Shown in pieces: positions 27,857-35,065 of a stretch of DNA of 52,764 nt. The DNA lies in the IMG/VR virus record IMGVR_UViG_3300032288_004603, positions 1 to 52,764 of that record. One strand, given 5' to 3'. The first letter of the stretch is position 1; each line of letters begins with the position of its first letter. The position numbers were made by a program, and so were the translations under genes. Under the pieces are notes generated by a model, which worked only from the letters and a program-made list of their open reading frames with translations, was not told the DNA's origin and did no database searches. The DNA comes from a virus (lineage: Duplodnaviria > Caudoviricetes).

Positions 27857-27878
27857 AAGGGGACAATTTAGTCCCCTT
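27857..27878. terminator. hairpin between convergent genes
   Basis: AAGGGGAC-AATTTA-GTCCCCTT. Confidence 0.65.
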
Positions 27879-27901
27879 AATTATTTAATCTTATTTTATT
27901 T

Positions 27902-28111
27902 TTAATTACTTAAACATTCGGATTGTTGGAAGTGTAATCTTGCAACTTGTAAGAAAACATAGTCAGGAAGTTTCATCATCGAATCTTTAATCTCATCGTC
28001 AAACCAAAATGATAATTCACCAGTTTTTTCGTTGTATAGGTTATTTAAACCTTTAGCCATTAGGTTGCCCTCATTAAGTTGAACATCACCCACTTTTCTT
28101 AATACATTCAT
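27902..28111 (-). CDS. hypothetical protein (inverted cassette)
   Basis: Full promoter-leader repeat on minus strand at about 28120-28170. Confidence 0.8.
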   Translation of the reverse strand: MNVLRKVGDVQLNEGNLMAKGLNNLYNEKTGELSFWFDDEIKDSMMKLPDYVFLQVARLHFQQSECLSN

Positions 28112-28221
28112 ATTGTTTTGTTTTAAATAGACAATACAAAGATAATAATATAAAATGATATAACCAAATTTTTTATCGTTTATTTTAACGATATTTTTAA
28201 TTATCGTCTAATTTAACGATA

Positions 28222-28280
28222 GTGCGTGTTGGAGTCTACTCTCTCGTTCCTCTCGGCTCGACCCTTACCTTATTGGTACA
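28222..28280 (-). ncRNA. dispersed structured sRNA, copy 6
   Basis: GGGUCGAGCCGAGAGGAACGAGAGAGUAGACUCCAAC; compensatory UCG/CGA stem. Confidence 0.75.
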
Positions 28281-28413
28281 CTACAAAGATAAGAATAATA
28301 ATTGACACCACCAAATTATTTGACAAAAAAAATAAATAAAAAATTATCCTATTTTATTTGGAGAATTGAAAAAGATTCCTTATCTTTGTATTGTCAATTT
28401 AAAACAACGAATT

Positions 28414-28686
28414 ATGAAAATGGAACAATTCTTAAAAGAAATCAAAGGAACTCAATTTGAAGCTGACTTTGCAAAGTCAGCTGAGTTGAATGTTAATGGT
28501 GCGCCAACTAGCAAAGCATATTGGAACTTAATCCTTTCAATCAGAGATTGCAAGTTATATTCAAAAGGTATCAAACCACACAGATTTTGGAAAATAAGCG
28601 ATGTTAAAGCGTATTTTGGTGTTAAAGGTAATGCACAAGGTATTGCAGAAAAATTAGAGCAATACAAAGCAGTTTTGGTGGCTTAA
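28414..28686 (+). CDS. hypothetical protein (cassette gene)
   Basis: ATG after repeat. Confidence 0.8.
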   Translation: MKMEQFLKEIKGTQFEADFAKSAELNVNGAPTSKAYWNLILSIRDCKLYSKGIKPHRFWKISDVKAYFGVKGNAQGIAEKLEQYKAVLVA

Positions 28687-28748
28687 AAAAAATCAAAAAT
28701 AATTGCAAAAAGATTTGGAGAATTGAAAAATTCTCCTTATCTTTGTTA

Positions 28749-28801
28749 TAACAAAAAGGGGCTGACACGAGAGTGGTAGTAGAGTAGACTCCGACCTACC
28801 C
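28749..28801 (+). ncRNA. dispersed structured sRNA, copy 7
   Basis: TATCTTTG promoter, GGGCUGACACGAGAGUGGUAGUAGAGUAGACUCCGACCUACC. Confidence 0.75.
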
Positions 28802-28903
28802 TAAAAAAACATATTATAAATTAATTTAAAAAATTATCCTATTTTATTTGGATAATTGAAAAAGATTCCTTACCTTTGTAGAGTCAATTTAAAACAATAA
28901 GAT

Positions 28904-29119
28904 ATGTCAGTAAATGCTAGTTTAGAAATCGCTAATGAGTTAATGAACAACAAAACAGTATTAACCAAAGAAGAGCGTGATGTGTGCGTACAATTTATGC
29001 CTGAAATGGCTAAAGAATACTTATTTCATAATTCTTGGAATAACACTTGGTTAAACCTTAATGTGTATTCTGAGATTGAAAAAGAAGAATCCGATTTACG
29101 TAAAGAAATAGGTTTTTAA
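28904..29119 (+). CDS. hypothetical protein (cassette gene)
   Basis: ATG after repeat. Confidence 0.75.
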   Translation: MSVNASLEIANELMNNKTVLTKEERDVCVQFMPEMAKEYLFHNSWNNTWLNLNVYSEIEKEESDLRKEIGF

Positions 29120-29154
29120 TAAACCTATTTTTATATACCAAAAAAAAATATAAA

Positions 29155-29212
29155 GTGGGTCGGAGTCTACTCTTCTGTTCCTCTCGGCTCAGCCCCTTGT
29201 CATCCATTGACT
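29155..29212 (-). ncRNA. dispersed structured sRNA, copy 8
   Basis: GGGCUGAGCCGAGAGGAACAGAAGAGUAGACUCCGACCCAC after minus-strand promoter. Confidence 0.75.
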
Positions 29213-29344
29213 ATACAAAGATAAGAATAATAATTGAAACTACCAAATTTTTTAACAAAAAAATAAATAAAAAAATTATCCTATTTTATTTGGATAATTG
29301 AAAAAGATTCCTTACCTTTGTAGTGTCAATTTAAACAACAAACA

Positions 29345-29815
29345 ATGAAAAATTTATTATTTCGCTTATTCATCTTAATTTCAATAGGGTTAATTATCTT
29401 TTTTGCTATTTCAACTAAAACAAATAAGGTATCAAAAGAAATTGTAAATATAACAAATGAAGTTGATACAACAACTGAAACTTTTGAAGAAACTGAAACC
29501 AATGATGAAATAGTTGAAACGAAGAAAGAAAAAGAATTTAATAATTTTTTAGTTAAAGGTCAAATCAATACTTATTCAAATGGTGTTGATACCTATGTTG
29601 TTGAATTAGATACTTTGGATAGAATTGTAATTACACAACCAAATAATTTAACTAATGGTCATTTTTGGGATAAAAATAATTGCGTATTTAAAAATGATTA
29701 CATTTATGTTGATTGGGTAACTTATGTTGATTGGGTAACTACTGAATACTATATTAAAAATACTGAATTAATCATTGTTAAAAATGGTAAATCCACAAAA
29801 TATAAATTAATTTAA
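29345..29815 (+). CDS. membrane-anchored protein
   Basis: N-terminal hydrophobic helix; internal 18-nt tandem duplication (YVDWVT x2, 29705-29740). Confidence 0.8.
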   Translation: MKNLLFRLFILISIGLIIFFAISTKTNKVSKEIVNITNEVDTTTETFEETETNDEIVETKKEKEFNNFLVKGQINTYSNGVDTYVVELDTLDRIVITQPNNLTNGHFWDKNNCVFKNDYIYVDWVTYVDWVTTEYYIKNTELIIVKNGKSTKYKLI

Positions 29816-29892
29816 AAAAATATAGTTTTATATTTGGTTATATCAAAAATAATCCTTATCTTTGTATTGTCTAATTATTAAAACATAAAACA

Positions 29893-30006
29893 ATGGTAGT
29901 ATTCTTAACACTTTTGGCACTGGCTTTTTATTGGGTGCATAAACACGAAGAAAAAGAGGATGATAATTTAAGCGATGAAGCTTGGAATGAAAAATATAAC
30001 CGATAA
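29893..30006 (+). CDS. small membrane peptide (37 aa)
   Basis: Read manually; ATG after repeat. Confidence 0.65.
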   Translation: MVVFLTLLALAFYWVHKHEEKEDDNLSDEAWNEKYNR

Positions 30007-30074
30007 AATTTGGTTATATCAAAAATAATCCTTAACTTTGTATTCACTAATCACTTAAAACTAAAATTAAAAAA

Positions 30075-30461
30075 ATGGAAAATCTAAAAAAATCAAAATT
30101 ACTTAATGGTGTGTTATTCATCTTTTCGTTTCTTGTTTGCACACTAATAACATTCCCAATTGCACAAGAATTGGACGGCACTTTATCATTCATTATTTTA
30201 TTAATTATTGTCACAATTGGAATTATTGTTCTAACAAAAACACTTGAACAAAAATTGGATGAACACGTATTTTCAGAAATTGAAAGGCATAAATATAAAC
30301 ATATTAGTCAGTTCTTTGATACTATGGAAGATGATAAAGAATTTAGTAAGAATGTATTAAGAGAAACGATACCGATATATAACGATGATAGGGAGAAAAT
30401 CGGGGAACAAACTGTTTATAGTGCAATATCACAAAAGAAACAAAGATTTTTAAGATTATAG
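30075..30461 (+). CDS. two-TM membrane protein
   Basis: Two hydrophobic segments; ATG after repeat. Confidence 0.8.
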   Translation: MENLKKSKLLNGVLFIFSFLVCTLITFPIAQELDGTLSFIILLIIVTIGIIVLTKTLEQKLDEHVFSEIERHKYKHISQFFDTMEDDKEFSKNVLRETIPIYNDDREKIGEQTVYSAISQKKQRFLRL

Positions 30462-30559
30462 TTGTTGTTTTAAGTTGATGAAAAAAAGTGAGGTAATTAT
30501 TTGGTTATCTCATTTTTTTTATTTATCTTTGTATTGTCTAATTATTAAAACTTAAAATT

Positions 30560-30700
30560 ATGTTAGTATTAGTTTGTTCTTTAGTTTGGTCTGTTGGATT
30601 TGTTGTCAGCATGGTTGGTATGTATTTAGTTAAAGATTATCGAAATGGTATAATCTATAATGGTTTTGTTGGTAAAATACAAAACTTAATAAAACATTAA
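30560..30700 (+). CDS. small membrane peptide (46 aa)
   Basis: Read manually; ATG after repeat. Confidence 0.65.
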   Translation: MLVLVCSLVWSVGFVVSMVGMYLVKDYRNGIIYNGFVGKIQNLIKH

Positions 30701-30773
30701 AAAAAACCAAAATAAATTTGGTAGATTAAAAAATTATTCTTATCTTTGTAGTGTCTAATTAAAACAACTAAAA

Positions 30774-30890
30774 ATGAAAACAATTCAAATCACACAACAC
30801 GAACTTCAACAAACTATGAAACATAGCATACACAAATCAAAAAAAGATTATTCAAGAAAATCAAAACATAAAAATAAAGGGTGGGATTAA
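30774..30890 (+). CDS. small basic peptide (38 aa, ...KSKKDYSRKSKHK...)
   Basis: Read manually; ATG after repeat. Confidence 0.7.
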   Translation: MKTIQITQHELQQTMKHSIHKSKKDYSRKSKHKNKGWD

Positions 30891-30962
30891 TTTCCCGCTC
30901 AAAAATTTGGAAATGTCATTTTTATTTTGTATCTTTGTATTGTCAATTTAAAACAATATATT

Positions 30963-31154
30963 ATGAATGCTATTCAGGAATTAGAAACCAACTTTAAAAA
31001 ACAATTTAATAAAGTATTTAGAAAATTAAATTACATTATCTCATATAGTGAATGCGTTATATTACTAGACACATTGAAAGGTGTCAAATATAACCCAATT
31101 GAGAATGAATATGCTTATAGGTGGCAATTAAAATTCAACGAATTGTTAGCGTAA
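30963..31154 (+). CDS. hypothetical protein (cassette gene)
   Basis: ATG after repeat. Confidence 0.75.
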   Translation: MNAIQELETNFKKQFNKVFRKLNYIISYSECVILLDTLKGVKYNPIENEYAYRWQLKFNELLA

Positions 31155-31213
31155 AATTTGCATATATCAAAACTATTCATTATCTTTGTAAGGTCAATTT
31201 AAAACAATATACA

Positions 31214-31423
31214 ATGAGCAAAACATTAAACATTTCAGGAGTACAAGAAAGACTTATCGAATATCACCGCAAACCAACAGCCTACGAAATCAAATTTGGT
31301 TATGGTGCAACACATTATAAAACATTTGCTGAATCAGCTTGTACCGATAAAAATGGGCGTGTTAAAAAGCGTTTAAAATGTCCTATTGATGGACTAATCT
31401 ACACACAAAATTACACAAGTTAA
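31214..31423 (+). CDS. hypothetical protein (cassette gene)
   Basis: ATG after repeat; EIKFGYGATHY motif. Confidence 0.75.
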   Translation: MSKTLNISGVQERLIEYHRKPTAYEIKFGYGATHYKTFAESACTDKNGRVKKRLKCPIDGLIYTQNYTS

Positions 31424-31501
31424 TAAAAAAGTTACCAAAAAATTTGGTAGATTAAAAAATAATCCTTATCTTTGTATTGTCTAATTAAAACAACAGAAAA
31501 A

Positions 31502-31642
31502 ATGAGAAAAAATCTAGTAATTGAAGGTCTGCAAGTAGTAACATTGAAAACTTTACAAGTTGCATCAGTTTGCTTTGGTGCAATCGCTTTCGGTGGTATT
31601 GGTTATGCGTTTTATCGAATCATTACCGATAATATAGCATAA
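31502..31642 (+). CDS. small membrane peptide (46 aa)
   Basis: Read manually; ATG after repeat. Confidence 0.65.
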   Translation: MRKNLVIEGLQVVTLKTLQVASVCFGAIAFGGIGYAFYRIITDNIA

Positions 31643-31752
31643 CAAATAATTACATTATTTAATTGTAACCCCTATCAAAAGTAGGGGTATTTTTTTTTAA
31701 AAATAATTCATAATTTATTTGGTCAATTCAAAAATTATTCTTACCTTTACAA

Positions 31753-31810
31753 TATCAAACAAAGGGGCTGACACTTACAAGGTGGTAGTAGAGTAGACTC
31801 CAACCTACCT
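31753..31810 (+). ncRNA. dispersed structured sRNA, copy 9
   Basis: TACCTTTA promoter variant, GGGCUGACACUUACAAGGUGGUAGUAGAGUAGACUCCAACCUACC. Confidence 0.75.
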
Positions 31811-31912
31811 TATATTATTATACGAAAAAAAAAATTAAAAATAATTCATAAAAAATTTGGTGGTATCAAAAATAATCCCTATCTTTGTAAGGTCAATTTA
31901 AAACAATATATT

Positions 31913-32146
31913 ATGAATGCAAGACCTATTTATGTTATCGCAAATGAAATTAAAAAAGATTGGGTTAAACCAAACTATGCCGCAAAGCCTTATTTAGAAG
32001 CTATGGAATGTTTAAATTCCATTAATGATAAGTATGGTTGGGATAGTGGTAAATCGGTTGTCTTATACTTCCTATGTAACGCAAACACTTGGAAAGGTGA
32101 AACTGCAAAACGTATCAAAGCTGAATTAAAGTCCCTTACAAAATAA
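31913..32146 (+). CDS. conserved small phage protein
   Basis: RP...IA.EI..DW...AKPYL.AM...YFL.NA..W.G..A.RIKAEL pattern. Confidence 0.85.
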   Translation: MNARPIYVIANEIKKDWVKPNYAAKPYLEAMECLNSINDKYGWDSGKSVVLYFLCNANTWKGETAKRIKAELKSLTK

Positions 32147-32240
32147 GGGACAAAAAAAAATTAAAAATAATTCATAAAAAATTTGGTGGATTCAAAAATA
32201 ATCCTTACCTTTACAATATCAAATTAAAACACTTAAAAAA

Positions 32241-32798
32241 ATGGAAACAACTTTAAACAAATCAATCGAGGCACTAAAAGTAATTAACGCTATTTCATCA
32301 GTATTGGCAAAATCCCCTACTGGCGTTTCTTTCGTATCTATCAAAGGTTATACTAACTCTTATGGCGAAGTATCTAATAACCTTGTAAATGTTGGTGCAA
32401 GTCTTGAAAACGCAAAGAAAAAAGATATTGAAACTTTGCAAAGTTTAGACGTTACTACTTTGAACGGAGATAGTATCTTACTTGAAACTGCAAAGGTAGA
32501 ATTAATTAACTCTTTCATCAAGCCTGACGAAAATAGAAGTCAAGGACAAATTGACGCTTACACTATCGTAGCCAAAGGAATTAAAGTACACAACCAAACA
32601 GGCGAAATTTACGTTTTCGGCTTACGTAACAGCAAAACAGTTGTTGTTGAGGGTGTTTATCCACAAGTGAAGTCAAGACCTCTTACAATCGCTAAAAATC
32701 AATTAAGAAAGGAATTGAAATCAAACAAGTTTACTCAATACAAACTTTCTTCAACTGCCGTAATGAAAATGAATGGCGAAGAACTAATCTTTGAATGA
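32241..32798 (+). CDS. hypothetical protein (last cassette gene)
   Basis: 185 aa; ATG after repeat variant. Confidence 0.85.
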   Translation: METTLNKSIEALKVINAISSVLAKSPTGVSFVSIKGYTNSYGEVSNNLVNVGASLENAKKKDIETLQSLDVTTLNGDSILLETAKVELINSFIKPDENRSQGQIDAYTIVAKGIKVHNQTGEIYVFGLRNSKTVVVEGVYPQVKSRPLTIAKNQLRKELKSNKFTQYKLSSTAVMKMNGEELIFE

Positions 32799-32820
32799 TT
32801 AGCTTTAAGCAAAAATAATC

Positions 32821-32843
32821 AAGTCCCGAAAGGGACTTTTTTT
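32821..32843 (+). terminator. intrinsic terminator closing the cassette array
   Basis: AAGTCCC-GAAA-GGGACTT + T run. Confidence 0.8.
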
Positions 32844-32933
32844 GTTAATAACTTTTTTTATTATTTTACTTGCATATATAAATTATTTTACATAACCTTA
32901 AATAATGCGTTTTAAGACACTTTAATTACTAAA

Positions 32934-33200
32934 CGGGGTGTTACCCCTCCCCCCTTGAGAACGTAGGGGAGGGTGGGTATATGACCCCCCATACCCCTCC
33001 CCCCGTGAACCCTCTTTAGACCCCCCCCGTTCGGGGGTGTTTTGGGTGGGTCGGATTTGTAAAGAAATTTTTTGGGTAAATTTTCACATCTATTATTAGG
33101 ACCCCTATATATAAAAAATTTTTTTGGGTAATTTTTTCAATCAATATTTAGCTACCCCATTTTTCAAAAAATTTTTTGGAAAAAAATTCAAGTAAATTTT
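32934..33200. other. G/C homopolymer hairpin cluster followed by A/T-tract repeats
   Basis: CCCTCCCCC..GGGGGAGGG and CCCCCG-TT-CGGGGG stems; aaattttttgggtaa(a/t)tttt repeated at about 33065 and 33116. Confidence 0.7.
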
Positions 33201-33242
33201 TAGGTCCTTATATATTACACCATATACTTTATATTTATTATT

Positions 33243-33719
33243 ATGGAATCTAGAGTGAGTGATATGGTATTAAGGTTTGCAGTTGTATTACTTGCATTAT
33301 TACAACCATTAATTATAGTCTTATGTTTTGGTGTTGATGTTCATTCGATATCTGCGATGTGGTTAACTTATTTACAACCTTTATTTATTGTTACCAATGC
33401 TGCAACCAGTTATTTATTATTCAGTATTAGAAGGTGGAGGATTCCCAGTTTGTTTTTATTGTTACTAACTGCTTTTTCTGTTCAGTTCAGTATGTTATCT
33501 CACAATATATTTGCTGGGATATTTTTTGTTAGTTGTGTATATTCTTTATATGGTATAAAGAGATTGAGATGGTATATAATACCTTATGTTTGTTCTGCTT
33601 TGGTATTATTGGTATCTAGTATATTTTGGGCTGAGGTAGCTGCGGTTATTGTGATATGCGCATATCATTTTAATTTATTGGTTGGTGTATTAAAGATAAG
33701 GAATAAAAAAAGGGGTTAA
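33243..33719 (+). CDS. multi-pass membrane protein
   Basis: Five to six hydrophobic segments; ATATTTAT upstream. Confidence 0.8.
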   Translation: MESRVSDMVLRFAVVLLALLQPLIIVLCFGVDVHSISAMWLTYLQPLFIVTNAATSYLLFSIRRWRIPSLFLLLLTAFSVQFSMLSHNIFAGIFFVSCVYSLYGIKRLRWYIIPYVCSALVLLVSSIFWAEVAAVIVICAYHFNLLVGVLKIRNKKRG

Positions 33720-33743
33720 TTAGTTTTTAAGATATTTATTATT

Positions 33744-34388
33744 ATGAAATCTTATATTCAAAAATTATTAAGGGAGAGTTTAGTTGGTGAGGATTATCCG
33801 TCTAGCTGGAATATTGAAGAATTTAAAAAATTAAATTCATTTGCAAAGCGTGTTGAGTATTGTAATACGCACCTTAAAAGAATTTCTTCTGGGTCAAGTA
33901 GAATTGTTTATATGGTGGATAATGAGAAGGTGCTTAAATTGGCCAAGAATAAAAAGGGATTAGCTCAGAACGAGGTTGAGATAGAATATAGTGGTTATTA
34001 TGATATTGAGGACATTGTTGCCAAAGTATTTGAATCAGATGAAAACAGTTTATGGGTTGAGATGGAATTGGCCAAGAAAGTTACACCAAATATTTTTAAG
34101 AGCGTTGTTGGGGTTAGTTTTGAGGATTATGCTGCTGCTATGCATTATCATTACCATACAAATATTAAACCTAGTAGATACTCACCTAAAAAACCAGAGA
34201 ATATGGATGAATTGTGGGAAAACGAATTTACTTATAGTATGTTAGATTTTATGGCCAATTATGATATTCCAGTTGGTGATTTAGGTAGATTATCAACGTA
34301 TGGTTTAGTTAAAAGAGATGGTCATGATACAATAGTTATGATTGATTATGGTTTAACTCACGATGTTTACGGAACTTATTACAGTTAA
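33744..34388 (+). CDS. protein kinase-like fold protein
   Basis: SSGSSRIVY Gly-loop, VLKLA lysine, QNEVE, GDL..STYG and MIDYG motifs. Confidence 0.65.
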   Translation: MKSYIQKLLRESLVGEDYPSSWNIEEFKKLNSFAKRVEYCNTHLKRISSGSSRIVYMVDNEKVLKLAKNKKGLAQNEVEIEYSGYYDIEDIVAKVFESDENSLWVEMELAKKVTPNIFKSVVGVSFEDYAAAMHYHYHTNIKPSRYSPKKPENMDELWENEFTYSMLDFMANYDIPVGDLGRLSTYGLVKRDGHDTIVMIDYGLTHDVYGTYYS

Positions 34389-34601
34389 TTATTTTTCTTT
34401 AAATTTAACGGTATTTTCTTTATTTGAGTTTTTCTCAAATTCATCTTTTTCTATAAAGCCCCAAATTTCGGAACCTTTTTTTCTTTTATAATATACATCA
34501 CCACCACCAATATCTCTCATTTGATATTCGTATTCGGTTTTCTTCGCTTCATTTAATAGCGATTCTCTTAGTTTGTATTTAATTACAGATTTAATCATCA
34601 T
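34389..34601 (-). CDS. hypothetical protein with LRE/LNE N-terminal motif
   Basis: ATATTTAT upstream on minus strand. Confidence 0.7.
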   Translation of the reverse strand: MMIKSVIKYKLRESLLNEAKKTEYEYQMRDIGGGDVYYKRKKGSEIWGFIEKDEFEKNSNKENTVKFKEK

Positions 34602-34723
34602 TATATAAATATAAAAAACCCCATAAAAAATATGGGGTTATTGATATATAATGGTCGGTAAAAAATTTAAATTTTACCGTTTGTTCCTAATTTGACGGTA
34701 ATTCGGTAATAACCATCAAGTTT

Positions 34724-35065
34724 TTATGCTTTACTAAAATAAATAATTTTTGGAAATTTACCGAATACGAATTTGGTTACATCACATAACCAAATATCCA
34801 AGTTAAATTCAAGACCCATATAGGATTCCATGTGGTAATAAGCACCTTCACCATGTTCTGGTGTTTCATGCAAGAAAATAAGCATCTCATAACCATCTTC
34901 TGGTTCTGTTAACATATATAATGTAACTTCACCTTCACCTTGCGCTAGTATGTCTAGCATGGTATCGGCACCCATAACCATTTCCAGGGCGGCTTTGGGG
35001 CCTTCCCATTCAGGAAGGTCCACATACCACTTATTATCTGGTTCTTTATAAAATTTAAGTTCCAT
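34724..35065 (-). CDS. DUF6717-like protein
   Basis: WYVDLPEWEG..A.LEMV.GADTMLD motif. Confidence 0.65.
   Translation of the reverse strand: MELKFYKEPDNKWYVDLPEWEGPKAALEMVMGADTMLDILAQGEGEVTLYMLTEPEDGYEMLIFLHETPEHGEGAYYHMESYMGLEFNLDIWLCDVTKFVFGKFPKIIYFSKA

Larger units (their letters stand above)
3750..32240 (+). repeat. dispersed promoter-leader repeat family (about 60 copies on +, at least 7 on -) defining single-gene cassettes
   Basis: TTTGG-N~17-TAYCTTTG-TATTGTCTAATTA(TTA)AAAC-N5-10-ATG before nearly every gene; matches Bacteroidota sigma70 -33 TTTG / -7 TAnnTTTG consensus; count is approximate, by eye. Confidence 0.92.

Noticed and set aside
13964-29212. REP/RAYT element reading of the sRNA (GTAG/GTGG + GGAGTCTACTCT on the opposite strand)
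   Set aside because: GTRG is missing in three copies, the hairpin is only 4-5 bp, and no RAYT is in the window. Promoter orientation, GNRA loops and G-U pairs favour RNA from the other strand. Not fully excluded.
3787-30962. Shared N-terminal peptide MYCLIIKT / YLCIV in many track ORFs
   Set aside because: Artefact of starting at the TTG inside the promoter repeat; real ATG starts lie downstream.
3750-32240. CRISPR array interpretation of the recurring repeat
   Set aside because: Units are separated by whole genes of 100-1100 bp, repeats vary and match a promoter consensus, and no cas genes are present.
3750-32240. Classical integron
   Set aside because: No attC R/L box structure and no tyrosine recombinase in the window; cassettes carry their own promoters.
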